Shown: one piece after another, positions 11,742 to 22,400 of the stretch
How positions within the stretch are numbered: position 1 is the stretch's first letter
Layout: every line of letters starts with the position of its first letter
DNA from: a bacterium
GTDB lineage: Bacteria > Krumholzibacteriota > Krumholzibacteriia > LZORAL124-64-63
Assembly (NCBI GenBank): GCA_031441465.1
Contig: JANOEP010000029.1
Location: forward strand, 1 to 62,959
Length of the DNA: 62,959 nt
Direction of reading: 5' to 3'
The notes under the pieces: model-generated
Databases searched by the model: none
Seen by the model: only the letters and a program-made list of their open reading frames with translations
Told to the model about the DNA's origin: nothing
Translations under genes and position numbers: made by a program

Positions 11742-14060
11742 TCAGCGGATGATCACGACCTTGCCGTAGAAATCCTCGCGCGCGGGCATCTCCACCTTGT
11801 AGATGTACACGTCGGAGGCGAGCAGGTCGCCCTGGCCGTTGCGGGTGACCCAGGGCATCAGGTTGTCGATCTGCGATTCGGGCCCGAGGTCGGCCACCTG
11901 ATCGCCGTCGAGCGTGAAGACCAGCACGCGGCTGCCCGGCGGCAGGTTCTTGAAGGTGACCTTCTCCCCTTCCGAACCGCTGAAGCCCGACGCCTGGCGC
12001 AGGGGGTTGGGGTAGGCGAAGATCTCCGGGCCGTCCACGGCGTCCGTCGCCGGCTGGGCCACGAAGAAGCGTCGCCGGTTGCCGTCGCCGCCGAACAGCG
12101 ACAGTTCGTCTCCCGGGTAACGGGTCGAATACAGCCGCTCGGAAGTCAGCGAGGACGGCGACGCTGTGGCGATGTTGCCGTAATCGAAGGTGGTGACGGC
12201 GTATTGGTAGTCGAACCCCTCGTAGACCGTGTCGTCGAAGAAGGTCACGGTCAGGGGGTCGGAGAAATCGAAGCAGGCGGCCCGCTTGTCGGCGTAACAG
12301 TTCGGCTCATAGCTGTAGCTGGTGTCGCCGCAGTAGCCTTCGATGCAGGTTTCGGGGTTGGACTTGTCGTAGAAGCCGATCAGCTGCATCTCGTCGGGGT
12401 CGCTGCCCTCGCTGCGCCACACCGCGTAGCCCTGGAAGTCCTGCGCCAGGAGTGAGAAGCTCGTCGAGTCGGCCACGGAGCCGGCGCCGAAGGAGATCGT
12501 GAGCCCGAAGTCGAGATCCTGGTATTCGAGATCCGTCTGGGCCTTCTTGATGGTGTCGGACAGGCGCAGCGGGGTGCCGGGGACGTAGATCCCGCCGCCG
12601 TAGGTGGCCAACCAGTAGCGCACGCCGGTTTGGGCGGCGTTGATCAGACGCATGAGGGACCGGTTGGCGGGCTGGGCCGACCCGTCCAGCGTCCAGACCG
12701 TGTCGTCCTGGGCGCAGGTCAACAGGCCGAAGCCGTCGGCGGTCGCCAGGTAGGTGCTGCGCACCGTGTCCAACACGAGCGAACTGATGGCGGGGCGCGA
12801 CGCGGGATCGGGCCAGGCGACGGACGCCCCGACCTGGTTCCAGACGCGGCCGCCGTTGCCCGACCACCAGAGGCCGGCGTCCGTCGTGCCGGCCATGATC
12901 TGCTGAGGGTCACTCGGATCGACGGCGAAATCCGTCACGGCGATCGGCAGCGCCCCGGGATCGAGCAACTCGTCCCAGATCCAGTCCCAGGAAACGCCGC
13001 CGTCGTCGCTGGCGTAGAGCCCGAAGGTGTTCACGCCCACGAACAGGCGCCCCCCCTGGTCGACGATCCGGTTGATGGTCGGCGTCGTGGTGCCGCCGCC
13101 GGTCGGGAAGTTCTGCGGCACGCGGAGCGTCGACAGGGCCGTGTAGGACGTGCCACGATCGGTGGAGACGAACAGGTCGAGGCTGCCGACGGCGACGTAG
13201 AGGGCGTCCGGGCGGTTCCAGACGAGGTCGGTCACCCGCCGCAGGCTCCAGGTGCCCGTGGGCGAGAATTCCGCCTGCTGCTGCGTGAAGGTCAGCCCGC
13301 CGTCGCGCGTGAGGTACACGCCGTTCTTGGTCGTGCCCACGACGAAGGTCAGGGCGTCGTCCGGCGCGAACACCAGGGCGGAGACTGCGGATTCGTTGAG
13401 CGCGCTGTCCGGGAAGAGGGCGGGGGCGAGCCGCCGCCAGTTGTTGCCGTCTCCCGGCTTGTACCACAGGCCGCGGTTCAGGCGATCGCTGAGGGCGGCC
13501 AGCAACGTCCCCGGCGCGGTCGGCGCTTCCGCCAGGACGTTCACGTCGACCTTGGAGAGGTAGGGGGGCAGCCCGCCGTTGACCTGCGCCCAAGCGCCGT
13601 CCTCCCCCATGGCCAGGATGCCGCCGTTGTTGCTGAGGTTGATTTCCCCGAGGATCCGGCCCGTGACCGACTGGTTGAGGTTGGACCAGGCGATCAGGAC
13701 GTTGTTCTCGGTGGCCGAGCCGACTTCGCCGCCGAAAAGGCTGTTGCAGAGCAGTTCGCGATCGAAGTCGTCCTTGTAGGCACCGTCCAGGGTCACCTGG
13801 AAACCGAGGCCGGCAGTATCGACCGGGACCGCGCACGTCGAGACGACGTCGTCGAGGGCGGGCCAGGAGATCTCGGCCCCGAACCTGCCCGTCGACGACA
13901 GCGCGATCTCGAGGGATTCCGGCGAAACCAGCCGGAGCGAGTCCAGGGCGCAGACGTCGTTGGGCGTCACGGCCGCCGCGGGCGACGCGCCGATCAGCAG
14001 CGATAGGACCGCACTCGCCAGAAATGCCCTCATGGTCATCATCGTCTCCGTGCTGCGCAT
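11742..14060 (-). CDS. Secreted BNR/Asp-box beta-propeller protein with C-terminal T9SS/FlgD-type sorting domain
   Basis: Signal peptide (MRAFLASAVLSLLIG..; start uncertain, 14033-14093); Asp boxes TRDGGLTF, STDRGTSY, SDDGGVSW, SGNGGRVW; C-terminal YPNP..LASDVYIY..GKVVIIR. Confidence 0.85.
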   Translation of the reverse strand: MRSTETMMTMRAFLASAVLSLLIGASPAAAVTPNDVCALDSLRLVSPESLEIALSSTGRFGAEISWPALDDVVSTCAVPVDTAGLGFQVTLDGAYKDDFDRELLCNSLFGGEVGSATENNVLIAWSNLNQSVTGRILGEINLSNNGGILAMGEDGAWAQVNGGLPPYLSKVDVNVLAEAPTAPGTLLAALSDRLNRGLWYKPGDGNNWRRLAPALFPDSALNESAVSALVFAPDDALTFVVGTTKNGVYLTRDGGLTFTQQQAEFSPTGTWSLRRVTDLVWNRPDALYVAVGSLDLFVSTDRGTSYTALSTLRVPQNFPTGGGTTTPTINRIVDQGGRLFVGVNTFGLYASDDGGVSWDWIWDELLDPGALPIAVTDFAVDPSDPQQIMAGTTDAGLWWSGNGGRVWNQVGASVAWPDPASRPAISSLVLDTVRSTYLATADGFGLLTCAQDDTVWTLDGSAQPANRSLMRLINAAQTGVRYWLATYGGGIYVPGTPLRLSDTIKKAQTDLEYQDLDFGLTISFGAGSVADSTSFSLLAQDFQGYAVWRSEGSDPDEMQLIGFYDKSNPETCIEGYCGDTSYSYEPNCYADKRAACFDFSDPLTVTFFDDTVYEGFDYQYAVTTFDYGNIATASPSSLTSERLYSTRYPGDELSLFGGDGNRRRFFVAQPATDAVDGPEIFAYPNPLRQASGFSGSEGEKVTFKNLPPGSRVLVFTLDGDQVADLGPESQIDNLMPWVTRNGQGDLLASDVYIYKVEMPAREDFYGKVVIIR

Positions 14061-14107
14061 CGTGCGGGACCAGCCGTCCGGCGCCCCCGTCACGACGCTG
14101 TCCCGGT

Positions 14108-16654
14108 TCAGGGCGTCATGGCCAGGCCGAAGTGGTCGTCGAGCACCCAGCGGATGGCCCGCTTCATCTGCGTGTGGTCGTACAGGTGCGGGTCGAAGCC
14201 CCAGACGACGTCGGCCCGTCCGCCCGGCTTGGTGGCGACGGTCTGGTAGCTGAACATGCCGATGGGCACGCCGTTCAGGACGGTGCGGCCCGTCGCCGAA
14301 TTGCGCGCGTAGAGCCCGCAGGGATTGTTCAACGGGTAGACGAAATCATCGTCGCCGTTGGCCAGGTGCAGGTCCAGGATCCAGTCGTAGCGGGGCAAGG
14401 CGCGCCACATGGTTTCGACGGCGGGGCGCCCGTCGGGCAGGGTCTGGGGCGACCAGACCGCGCGGCGGGCGGTCTCGTTGTGGTCGTAGTACTCGTCGCT
14501 CTGGCTGAAGCTGAACGGCGAGCCGGGGGCGGGGATGCCGCCGCCCGCGATGGTCGCGGCGTCGCTCCAGGCGATCTGGTCCCAGACGAAGATGGTGTCC
14601 GCGAAGGAGCCGGTCTGGACGTACTCGGCCTTGAAGTCGGGGTCGAGCATGATCGCCTTGGTCCCCACGCAGTTCTGCTTGCGGTGCGTGGTGCCGCTGC
14701 CGCAGAGGGTCGGCGAGTAGTAGAAGCTCGCCGGCGTGAACATCGACGACACGGCGAGGCCCAGCCCCCGGTAGGGGTACTGCAGCGTGCCGAACACGGT
14801 CTGGGTGCCGTCTTCCTCCTCGCGGACGCCGAAGCTCATGCCCTTTTCCTCGCCGCTGCACTGGAAGGATTCGTCGTCGTTGTTGTAGATGATCGGGTAG
14901 AGCCACGGGACGTTGTTGTACACGAAGTGGAAATTCTGCACGATGCCGGAACCCGCCAGCAGGACGTTGCCGACGTTCCGCTGGTAGGCCTCGAGCCAGA
15001 CGTAGGCCTCGGTCGGGATCCGCCGGTCCGAACCCTGCGGGGTGAAGAGGCTCGGCTGGAAGGACGAGGCGAGGTAACTGAGCGAATTGCGGCGAGCGGA
15101 CCAGATCAGGCTCTTGTAGCGCACGATGTCGCGGTAGCCCCAGTTGCCGATGAGCCGCTCGTTGTCGATCACGTCGCGGTCGCTGCTGAAGCGCGACACG
15201 CCGCCGCTGGAGGCCAGGACATCGTCCCAGAACGCATCCCGCTGGATGTCTTCGTCATAGCTGACCGATCCGGAGCTGTTCGGCCAGCCGTTGCTCGTGC
15301 GGTCGGGCACGTCGTCGATCAGGACCAGCGGCAGGCGGTCGACCTCTTCGGGGACGGGCACGACCGAGAGGAAGTACTGGATGCGCGTCAGCAGGCCACT
15401 GTTGTCTACACACTCGACGGTGAAGACGTGCAGGCCCTGGGGGAAGGAGCGCACTTCGGAAGAGAGGTTCGCCTCCGAGAGGCCGAACTGGACCACCCAG
15501 CCGGGATCGTTGTCATCGGCGAGGTCCTGCACGTCCCAGCCGTACCGGTAGGCCGTGATCTCGCCGCCGTAGTCGGCGGCGCTGCCGAACCACTCGAACT
15601 GGAGCGGCTGGTCCTGGGCGATGTACTTCTCCAACCGGGCGATCCCGGTGCCGATGTCGGTCCCCAGGTACCGCTCGCGCAGGATCAACAGGGGCGTCTG
15701 CGAGTCGTCGACGCGGAAGTTGGCGACGGAAGTGAAGTACCCGCGGTCGAGGCTGACCGCGCCGGCGATGTCCTGCGCCTGGAGCGCGAACAGATAATAG
15801 ATGATGTTGTTGTTCGCGTCGCGCTTGCTCCCCTCGAAAATCTGACGCCGCGACGCAGGACTGAGTTCGTAAGGGATCCAATCGCTCCACTGGGGATCGT
15901 CGAAGGTGACCAGGGAATCCACAACCTGGTCGTACTCGTACTTCGTGTAGACGTAGTGGCTGCCCACACCCGAAGTGTTGGCGACCTCGGACGTCTTGAA
16001 CAGATAGCGGACACGCGTGGGATTCCCGAGTTCGTAATCCGGGTCGGTGCCCGTCCAGCCGACGATGAATCGGGGCGGCACGGTCTGGGCCTCGGTGCGG
16101 CTGCCGAGCAGCGTCGGGGGCGACGTCAGGCGGATGCTCGGCGACAGGGTCGTCGCCGTGAACGTGATCATCGCCGGCGTGGGGTCGACGCCGCCGTGAT
16201 CGTCCAACGCCCTCACGATCAGCGTGTGCGGCTGGTAGAAGCGCTGCATGGGTTCGGGCAGGATGACGTCGTCGTCGAATCCCTGGCGGTCGGCCGTCAC
16301 GACGAAGGTCGAGTCGCTGGCCGTCGTGAACCGCCACGGGTTGATGGTGTCGCCGGTGGCCGGGTCGACGGTCAGGGTGTCGCGGATGCTGATGCCGTCG
16401 TCGCCGTTGGACGTCATCTTCCACTGGTAACCGCGGACCCGCCCGTCGGGGTCGCTGCCGGTCCAGTAGAACTGCACGGTGTAATCGGTGTCGCGCAGGT
16501 ACGGCGGCGTGCCGGTGATGCGGGTGTCCGGCAGGGCGTTGATGAGTTGCACGCCCCCGAGTTCCGAATCCGGACCGCAGCCGTTCACGACCGCCAGCAG
16601 CAGGACGGGGGCCATCGCCAGCGCCAGCGCCGCCGTCTTGGTGATTTTCAGCAC
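14108..16654 (-). CDS. Large lipoprotein with tandem Ig/Fn3-like modules and a C-terminal alpha/beta domain
   Basis: Lipobox-like VVNGC at residue 26; repeated W.G.D.DG...VRALD..G modules. Confidence 0.8.
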   Translation of the reverse strand: MLKITKTAALALAMAPVLLLAVVNGCGPDSELGGVQLINALPDTRITGTPPYLRDTDYTVQFYWTGSDPDGRVRGYQWKMTSNGDDGISIRDTLTVDPATGDTINPWRFTTASDSTFVVTADRQGFDDDVILPEPMQRFYQPHTLIVRALDDHGGVDPTPAMITFTATTLSPSIRLTSPPTLLGSRTEAQTVPPRFIVGWTGTDPDYELGNPTRVRYLFKTSEVANTSGVGSHYVYTKYEYDQVVDSLVTFDDPQWSDWIPYELSPASRRQIFEGSKRDANNNIIYYLFALQAQDIAGAVSLDRGYFTSVANFRVDDSQTPLLILRERYLGTDIGTGIARLEKYIAQDQPLQFEWFGSAADYGGEITAYRYGWDVQDLADDNDPGWVVQFGLSEANLSSEVRSFPQGLHVFTVECVDNSGLLTRIQYFLSVVPVPEEVDRLPLVLIDDVPDRTSNGWPNSSGSVSYDEDIQRDAFWDDVLASSGGVSRFSSDRDVIDNERLIGNWGYRDIVRYKSLIWSARRNSLSYLASSFQPSLFTPQGSDRRIPTEAYVWLEAYQRNVGNVLLAGSGIVQNFHFVYNNVPWLYPIIYNNDDESFQCSGEEKGMSFGVREEEDGTQTVFGTLQYPYRGLGLAVSSMFTPASFYYSPTLCGSGTTHRKQNCVGTKAIMLDPDFKAEYVQTGSFADTIFVWDQIAWSDAATIAGGGIPAPGSPFSFSQSDEYYDHNETARRAVWSPQTLPDGRPAVETMWRALPRYDWILDLHLANGDDDFVYPLNNPCGLYARNSATGRTVLNGVPIGMFSYQTVATKPGGRADVVWGFDPHLYDHTQMKRAIRWVLDDHFGLAMTP

Positions 16655-16697
16655 GTTCGACCTCCCGGTCCGCTGCCTCGATCCGCAGCCGCCTCGG

Positions 16698-19088
16698 TTA
16701 GTATCCGGGCGGGTAGGCGCTCCCCGTCTGGGTGTAGGCCTTGACCAAGTACTGCTTCGTGAACGTCTCGCTCTCGAGGCAGAAATCGTTGAATCTCAGG
16801 CGCGCCGCCACGCCGTCGCCCGGGACGACGTCGCAACCCTCGTTGTGGGGGGTCGGCACGCGCAGGCCGCTGTAGTAGGCGTAGGCGCAGCGCTCGGGGC
16901 GGTAGACGCTGCTGCTCGCGTCGCGGACCACGACCCGCGCTGTGTTCAGGCCGAGCTGGCGGGTCGTCAGGTCGATGGCGCGGTCGACGGTGCTCGGGGT
17001 CCAGTCCGGGTGCTGCGAAGCCAGGAAGCCGCGGTAGACCGCGTCGCCGGCGTTCAGCAGCAGCTGCGGCACGAACACCTCGACCCGCAGGCGCCAGACG
17101 CCGTTGTCGTCGTAGTTCAGGTTGTAGGAGTCGGGTTCGTTGAAGGTGTAGGACACCTGGGTCAGGTCGTCCGAACCCCCGCCCTCGCGGATGACGTTGG
17201 CCAGCGAGTCCCGATGCGAGACGATCTTGTAGCGCCACGACATGGCGCGGTCGATCGGGTCGCCGTAGGTCATCGGGTCGAGCGGGCTCTGCCGGGGCAG
17301 GAACAGACGCTCGTCTTCCTGATCCTCCGCGTACAGCAGCAGCGTGTACTCGTAGAAGTATCCCTGGACGGAGGCCAGGCCGGTGATGTCCGCCGGTTCC
17401 TCGTACCAGACCGAGTTGGTCGCCGGGTTGAAGTAGACGGTGCGCGGCACGGCGTAGACCTGCTGCAGCCGCGTCCAGGTGGGGTTGGGAGCGACGGAAC
17501 CGGTCAAGGCGCAGTAGTAGGTCTTCAACTCGTCGCTGCAGCTGCCTTCGGGATACCCGCTAGGGGCGTTGTTCGTAACAACTTCCACGCACTGGACTTC
17601 CGGATGGAAGTTCCCGAAGAATGCGAAGACGTCCGGGGTGCCGTCGCGGCGCTCGTGCTCGTCCAGGGCGCGCATGCTGACCCGGTAGTCGAAGGAACCG
17701 ACCACGAAGCTGATCGTGTCGGAACTGCCGATGGCCGTGTTGTCGAAATCATCCCAGACGCTGTTCTGGAGGCTGCTGTACTGGGTCGCGAAGCGGAACA
17801 GCGAGTTCTCGCCGCCGAGGAAGCGGCCCACGGCGTCGAACTTGCCCTGGAAGCGCAGCCCGTAGCCGGGCGGCGTCTGCCCCGGTATGTCGCGCAGCCG
17901 CGTGTCGCGGTGGTCGTCCCAGCCGATGGCCTTGAAGTGGACGACGGCCCGCTGGGGCACGCGGGCGCCCTCCGTGAAGGCGCTCGTCGTGACGGTGCCG
18001 TCCGGGCGGTACACCTCGAAATAGGGGTAATCGTTGGTGTCCCCGGGGTAGAAGGGGTCGCTGACGTACGAGAGCTGCTCGCCGGGCTCGACCGTGCCGT
18101 CGCCGTCCACATCGTGCGGCTTGGCGTGGCCCAGGATCATCGTCTCCGGGTCGTAGTTGTGGACGAAGTTGAGGTCCTGGCTGTCGGCCTGGATCTCGAC
18201 GCCCGCCACGTCGATGGCGTTGACCAGCAGGGTGTGGACTCCCTGGGTCAGCAGTCGCCGAGAGACGTCCTCGCCCGAGGCGTCGTTGCTGAACTCGAGG
18301 CTGTTGACGTCGCTGAAGTAGGAAGCCAGCCGGTTCGTGGCCGGGTCGAAGCGCCGCGGATTCCAGCAATCCTCGCTCGTCGCGTCGCAGTCGACGTCCA
18401 GCGGCATGCGGTACTTGAAACCGAACAGGCCGTCCAGAGGCGGCACGGTATCGCGGTCGGCCAGGAGTTCGGGGGTGAAGGAGTGGATGTTCGGCGTGGT
18501 CCCCCGCCAGGTGAACCGGAAGGGCAGAGCGTAGGCGATCGTGTCGAAGTCGGCGAACTGCGACGCCGCGGTCTGCTCGTCGCCGAGATAGAACTGGATG
18601 GCGGGCTGCCCCAGGGCGTTGCTGAGGAAATAGAGCCGGGCCGGCGTGCGGTCGTAGTCCCCCCGGTCGTCCACGGCCACGATGTGGAACGTCAAGTCCG
18701 CCGAGGTGGTCGATCCCTCGTTGATCTGGAAATCGAAGATCGAGTCGGTCCGGGTCGTGTAGTGCCCGATCTGCAGCGTGGTGATGTTCTCGGCCGGGTT
18801 GAAGCGGAGGTCTTCCTCGTCGTCGTCGGTTTCCGGATCCTGGACCGTGCCGGCGGTCAACGCCCAGATGTACCGATCGACGCGGCCGTCGCTGTCGGCT
18901 CCGTACCAGAACAGGTGGTGGTGGAACTGCCCGCCCCCCCCGCCCTGCGGCCCGCCGGTCACGTAGGTCTCGGGCGCATGGTTGACGATGACGGTCTCCG
19001 GCTCGAAGGCGCGGCAGCCGAACAGCACGAGCAGCGCCGCCGATAGCAGCGCCGGCACCCAGATCCGGACTTGTCGGAGGACTCGCAT
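16698..19088 (-). CDS. Large lipoprotein, N-terminally paralogous to 14108..16654
   Basis: MRVLRQ..LLVLFGC lipobox; NHAPETYVTGGP..FWYGADSDGRVDRYIW; repeated AVDD.G..D.TP modules. Confidence 0.8.
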   Translation of the reverse strand: MRVLRQVRIWVPALLSAALLVLFGCRAFEPETVIVNHAPETYVTGGPQGGGGGQFHHHLFWYGADSDGRVDRYIWALTAGTVQDPETDDDEEDLRFNPAENITTLQIGHYTTRTDSIFDFQINEGSTTSADLTFHIVAVDDRGDYDRTPARLYFLSNALGQPAIQFYLGDEQTAASQFADFDTIAYALPFRFTWRGTTPNIHSFTPELLADRDTVPPLDGLFGFKYRMPLDVDCDATSEDCWNPRRFDPATNRLASYFSDVNSLEFSNDASGEDVSRRLLTQGVHTLLVNAIDVAGVEIQADSQDLNFVHNYDPETMILGHAKPHDVDGDGTVEPGEQLSYVSDPFYPGDTNDYPYFEVYRPDGTVTTSAFTEGARVPQRAVVHFKAIGWDDHRDTRLRDIPGQTPPGYGLRFQGKFDAVGRFLGGENSLFRFATQYSSLQNSVWDDFDNTAIGSSDTISFVVGSFDYRVSMRALDEHERRDGTPDVFAFFGNFHPEVQCVEVVTNNAPSGYPEGSCSDELKTYYCALTGSVAPNPTWTRLQQVYAVPRTVYFNPATNSVWYEEPADITGLASVQGYFYEYTLLLYAEDQEDERLFLPRQSPLDPMTYGDPIDRAMSWRYKIVSHRDSLANVIREGGGSDDLTQVSYTFNEPDSYNLNYDDNGVWRLRVEVFVPQLLLNAGDAVYRGFLASQHPDWTPSTVDRAIDLTTRQLGLNTARVVVRDASSSVYRPERCAYAYYSGLRVPTPHNEGCDVVPGDGVAARLRFNDFCLESETFTKQYLVKAYTQTGSAYPPGY

Positions 19089-19222
19089 GATGGGTCTCGC
19101 CTTTCCAGCACGGCACCAAGGACCGGGCGGGCACGGCCGTTTGTCCATGGGCGACAGACCGGCCAGAACAACGCGGAAACACGCCGTTTCCGCGCCGAGG
19201 AGCGGTTGCGAGCTGCTTGGGA

Positions 19223-19252
19223 AATATAGGGATCACCACACGGAAGTGTCAA
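19223..19252 (-). promoter_or_regulatory. sigma70-type promoter for the lipoprotein-lipoprotein-propeller operon
   Basis: TTGACA-18 nt-TATATT. Confidence 0.65.
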
Positions 19253-19357
19253 CTTCTAGTTTCCCCGCCGCCGCCCCGAACTCCCTACCGGCATTGCGGT
19301 TCCGCACGCCGTACTCCGGGACGGCGCGGTTCGCCCGGGTCCCGGCTACCCCAAGCA

Positions 19358-19385
19358 GGAGGGCGGCCCTTGCGGACCGCCCTCC
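19358..19385 (-). terminator. 3' hairpin (terminator or stabiliser) after the 1026-aa secreted protein gene
   Basis: GGAGGGCGGUCC-GCAA-GGGCCGCCCUCC, GNRA loop; weak U tract. Confidence 0.65.
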
Positions 19386-19416
19386 CTCGGACGCCGACCC
19401 GTGAAGTGACTTCGAG

Positions 19417-22400
19417 TTACTTCACGAGCGCCATCTTGTTGACCGTCACGTTGTCGCCGGAGCGCACTTCGTAGAAGTACACGCCGGAGGCCACGTCGCG
19501 GCCGCTGTCGGTGGTGCCGTTCCACTCCGCGACGCCGCTCTGCGCAGCAGAGAAGCCGTCGTGCAGGGTGCGGACCAGCTCGCCCTTCACGTTGAAGACC
19601 TTGATGGACAGATCGCCGGCGCGCGGGATCGACCACTCAATCTTCGTGACGGGGTTGAAGGGGTTCGGGAAGTTCTTCGCGAAGAACACACCGCTGCTCG
19701 GGGTCGGCGTGGTGCCGAAGCTCGGCGTGTAGCCGAACCACACCAGGATCTCGCCGAGGACCTGAGTACGGGCGGCGAAAGGAGCGGGATCGTCCTTGGC
19801 CGACGCGTACGGGGTGTACCAGACGCCGAAGTCGGTCGCGGAAGTCACGATCTTCGACCCGACGTCCGTGCGGTGGTTGGAGACCATCGCCGCGTAGGTC
19901 GGGTATGCCGGAGTCGTGGTACCCGCAGCCGTGAACGAGCCGACCTTGGTCGAGTATCCGAACGGCGAGGCGTACACGCCGATGCCGTTGAACACGCGGA
20001 AGGTCGGGCACGAGCCGTAAGCAACGAACGGCGTGTTGAAGCCGACCACGTTGCCGGCAACCGGGACGACCAGCGGAGCAGCCTGGCCGCCGATGAGCGC
20101 GCGCACGTCCGTGGCCAGCCGGGTGCAGCCCAGCCAGTTCTGAACGAACGCCGCGCCGCCGGCGACAGTGCTGGAACCGGTCGCGACGGGCACGCGGTCG
20201 CCAGTCACGAGCAGGTTCTTGCCGGTGCCCAGCCAAGCCGACAGACGACCGACGTCGTCACCCTTGTCGCCCGAGTTGCCCGGGGCGATGGCGGGGCCGG
20301 TGAGCGGCGAGCCGGCCAGGGTGCCGGCGCCGTACAGGATCGTCTCGTAGCCGGCCAGGGCGACCGCGGACGCGTTGGCGCCCAGGCCGTTGCCGACGTT
20401 CGAGGACGGAGCCTGCGTGAAGTAGATGTCGTAATCGACGTTCTCGACGAGGCCCAACTGAGCGAGAGAGAGCTTCCACTCGTTGTAGCCGCCGCCGAAG
20501 GCGCCGAAGTCGTGCCAGAACAGGATGTCGGGCTGCGTGCCGGCGACATCGGTCACCGACGGCAGTCCGCGCCAGATCCACTCGAACGGCCACTGGAACT
20601 CGACGTAACCGAGATCGCCCGGGAACACGCCGAACCCGTCGAGAAGCCGCGGGTAGGTCGTGGTGCCGTCGGTGCCGGGGTCGCCGTTCACGCGGTCGGT
20701 CGCGGTGATGTACCAGTGCATCTGGTCACCCGGGAACAGCAGGCCGTTGTCGTCCAGGTCGAACGCCCAACGCCACTGGACCAGGATGCCGGAGGACGTG
20801 TAGACGCTGTCCGCGTCGACGTCGCCCTCGATGAAGCCGCCCACCGGCGCCACGTTGCGCACGCCGTTGAACAGCGGGTTGCACTTGATCTTGTAGTGCA
20901 TCCGCGGCAGAGCCGTCAGCTCGGCGCCGGGGCGCACGGGCTGCACATTGAGCACGATCGAGTCGCCGTGCACGATGTTCGGGCTCGTGGTGTCCAGCAG
21001 GTCCTGGCACATGTCGAAGCGCAGGGCGTTGCTGGCCAGGTTGCCCAGGTCCAGGTTCTTCGCGAACTGGTCGTTGGGCAGGTCCCAGGCGCCGCTGATG
21101 GAGATCGCCGGGCCACCGAAGCCGTAGACGTAGAACGCCACGTTATCGAAGTACGACGCGGGCGTGCCGTCGGTCCCGATGTTGTAGCGCGCGTCTTCCA
21201 TCAGACCCAGCGCGACCTGGACGTGCGTCGTGCCGGGCTCGAGCAGGTCCGTGACCACGAACGTGTTGCGGCCGTACAGGCCCTGGGCGCTGTAGTAGAT
21301 CGTGTTGCGATCTGCCCAGCCGTACCAGGTGTTGCCGCCGTCGGTCGAGCAGCGGACGTGCCAGACCTGGAAGACGCCGTCGAAGGTCGGCGTGCCGTAA
21401 GGCGAGTGGATGTACGCGCCGAACGTCAGCGCGGCCGCGACGTAGTTGCCGGCGGGCCAGGCGAGGGGCGGCGACCAGATCTCGTTGCCGAGAACGTTGT
21501 CGTCGATGTTCGCGCCCAGGGCGCCGCCGGTGCAGTTACGGGAGTAACCGCTGGGGCCGTAGGTGTACAGGGTGTTCGAGGACGGGCCGACGCCGGGGAC
21601 GACGAGGCCGTCATCGATGAAGCCGAACTGCGGGGTCTCGTTGGTCACGCAAGGATCGAGATCCTCGAGCAGCGGCCAGACCTTCGAGAAGTCGCCGTAG
21701 CCCTGGGGCACCACGGTGAACCAGTTCGGGCCCATGCCCGCCTGGAAGTTGTCGAACGTCTGCAGGACGCCGCCGAAGTACACGCTGATGTTGTCGATCT
21801 GGCTGTGACCCACGGACGGGTACAGGCAGTCGCTGTCGGACCAGGCGCCGTCGGCGTCCGCCTGCCAGCGCAGGTGGACCTGATTGCCGTTGACGTAATC
21901 AGCGGCAGTCACGGTGAACGTCTGGTCGAAGGCGACGGCGACCTGGGAGCCGGAGAACGCCCACTGCTCCACCATACCCGCGGGGGTATCGTAGCGCAGC
22001 GACAAGAAGTCGTACCCGGGCTCGGAGTCCTGGCTGATGATCGCCGTGACCCTGACGGTCGTGTCGGCGAGCGGGTTGGCCACGGTGCCGACCCAGTCCA
22101 GGTACTCGAGGAAGCTGTTCGAGTAGCCGCTGAAGTCGCCGGTGCCGCAGTCGTTGGGGAAGTTCTCACCGGCCCAGACCGCGGGTGTGCCGGTCGGGCT
22201 GTTGTAGGTGGAAACATTCCAACGGGAGAACGCCGGCGCGGTCAGGTCCATGCCGACCCAGCCTTCCGCGTCGGGAAGGTTGGGGTTCACGTTGTTCTGG
22301 AACTTGCCGTCGTTGCGGACGGGGCCGCCGAGCAGGTAAATGGTATCCTGCTTGGCGGTCGAGCCGCCGGCCGTCAGTTCCATGGTATTGGTGACGTCGA

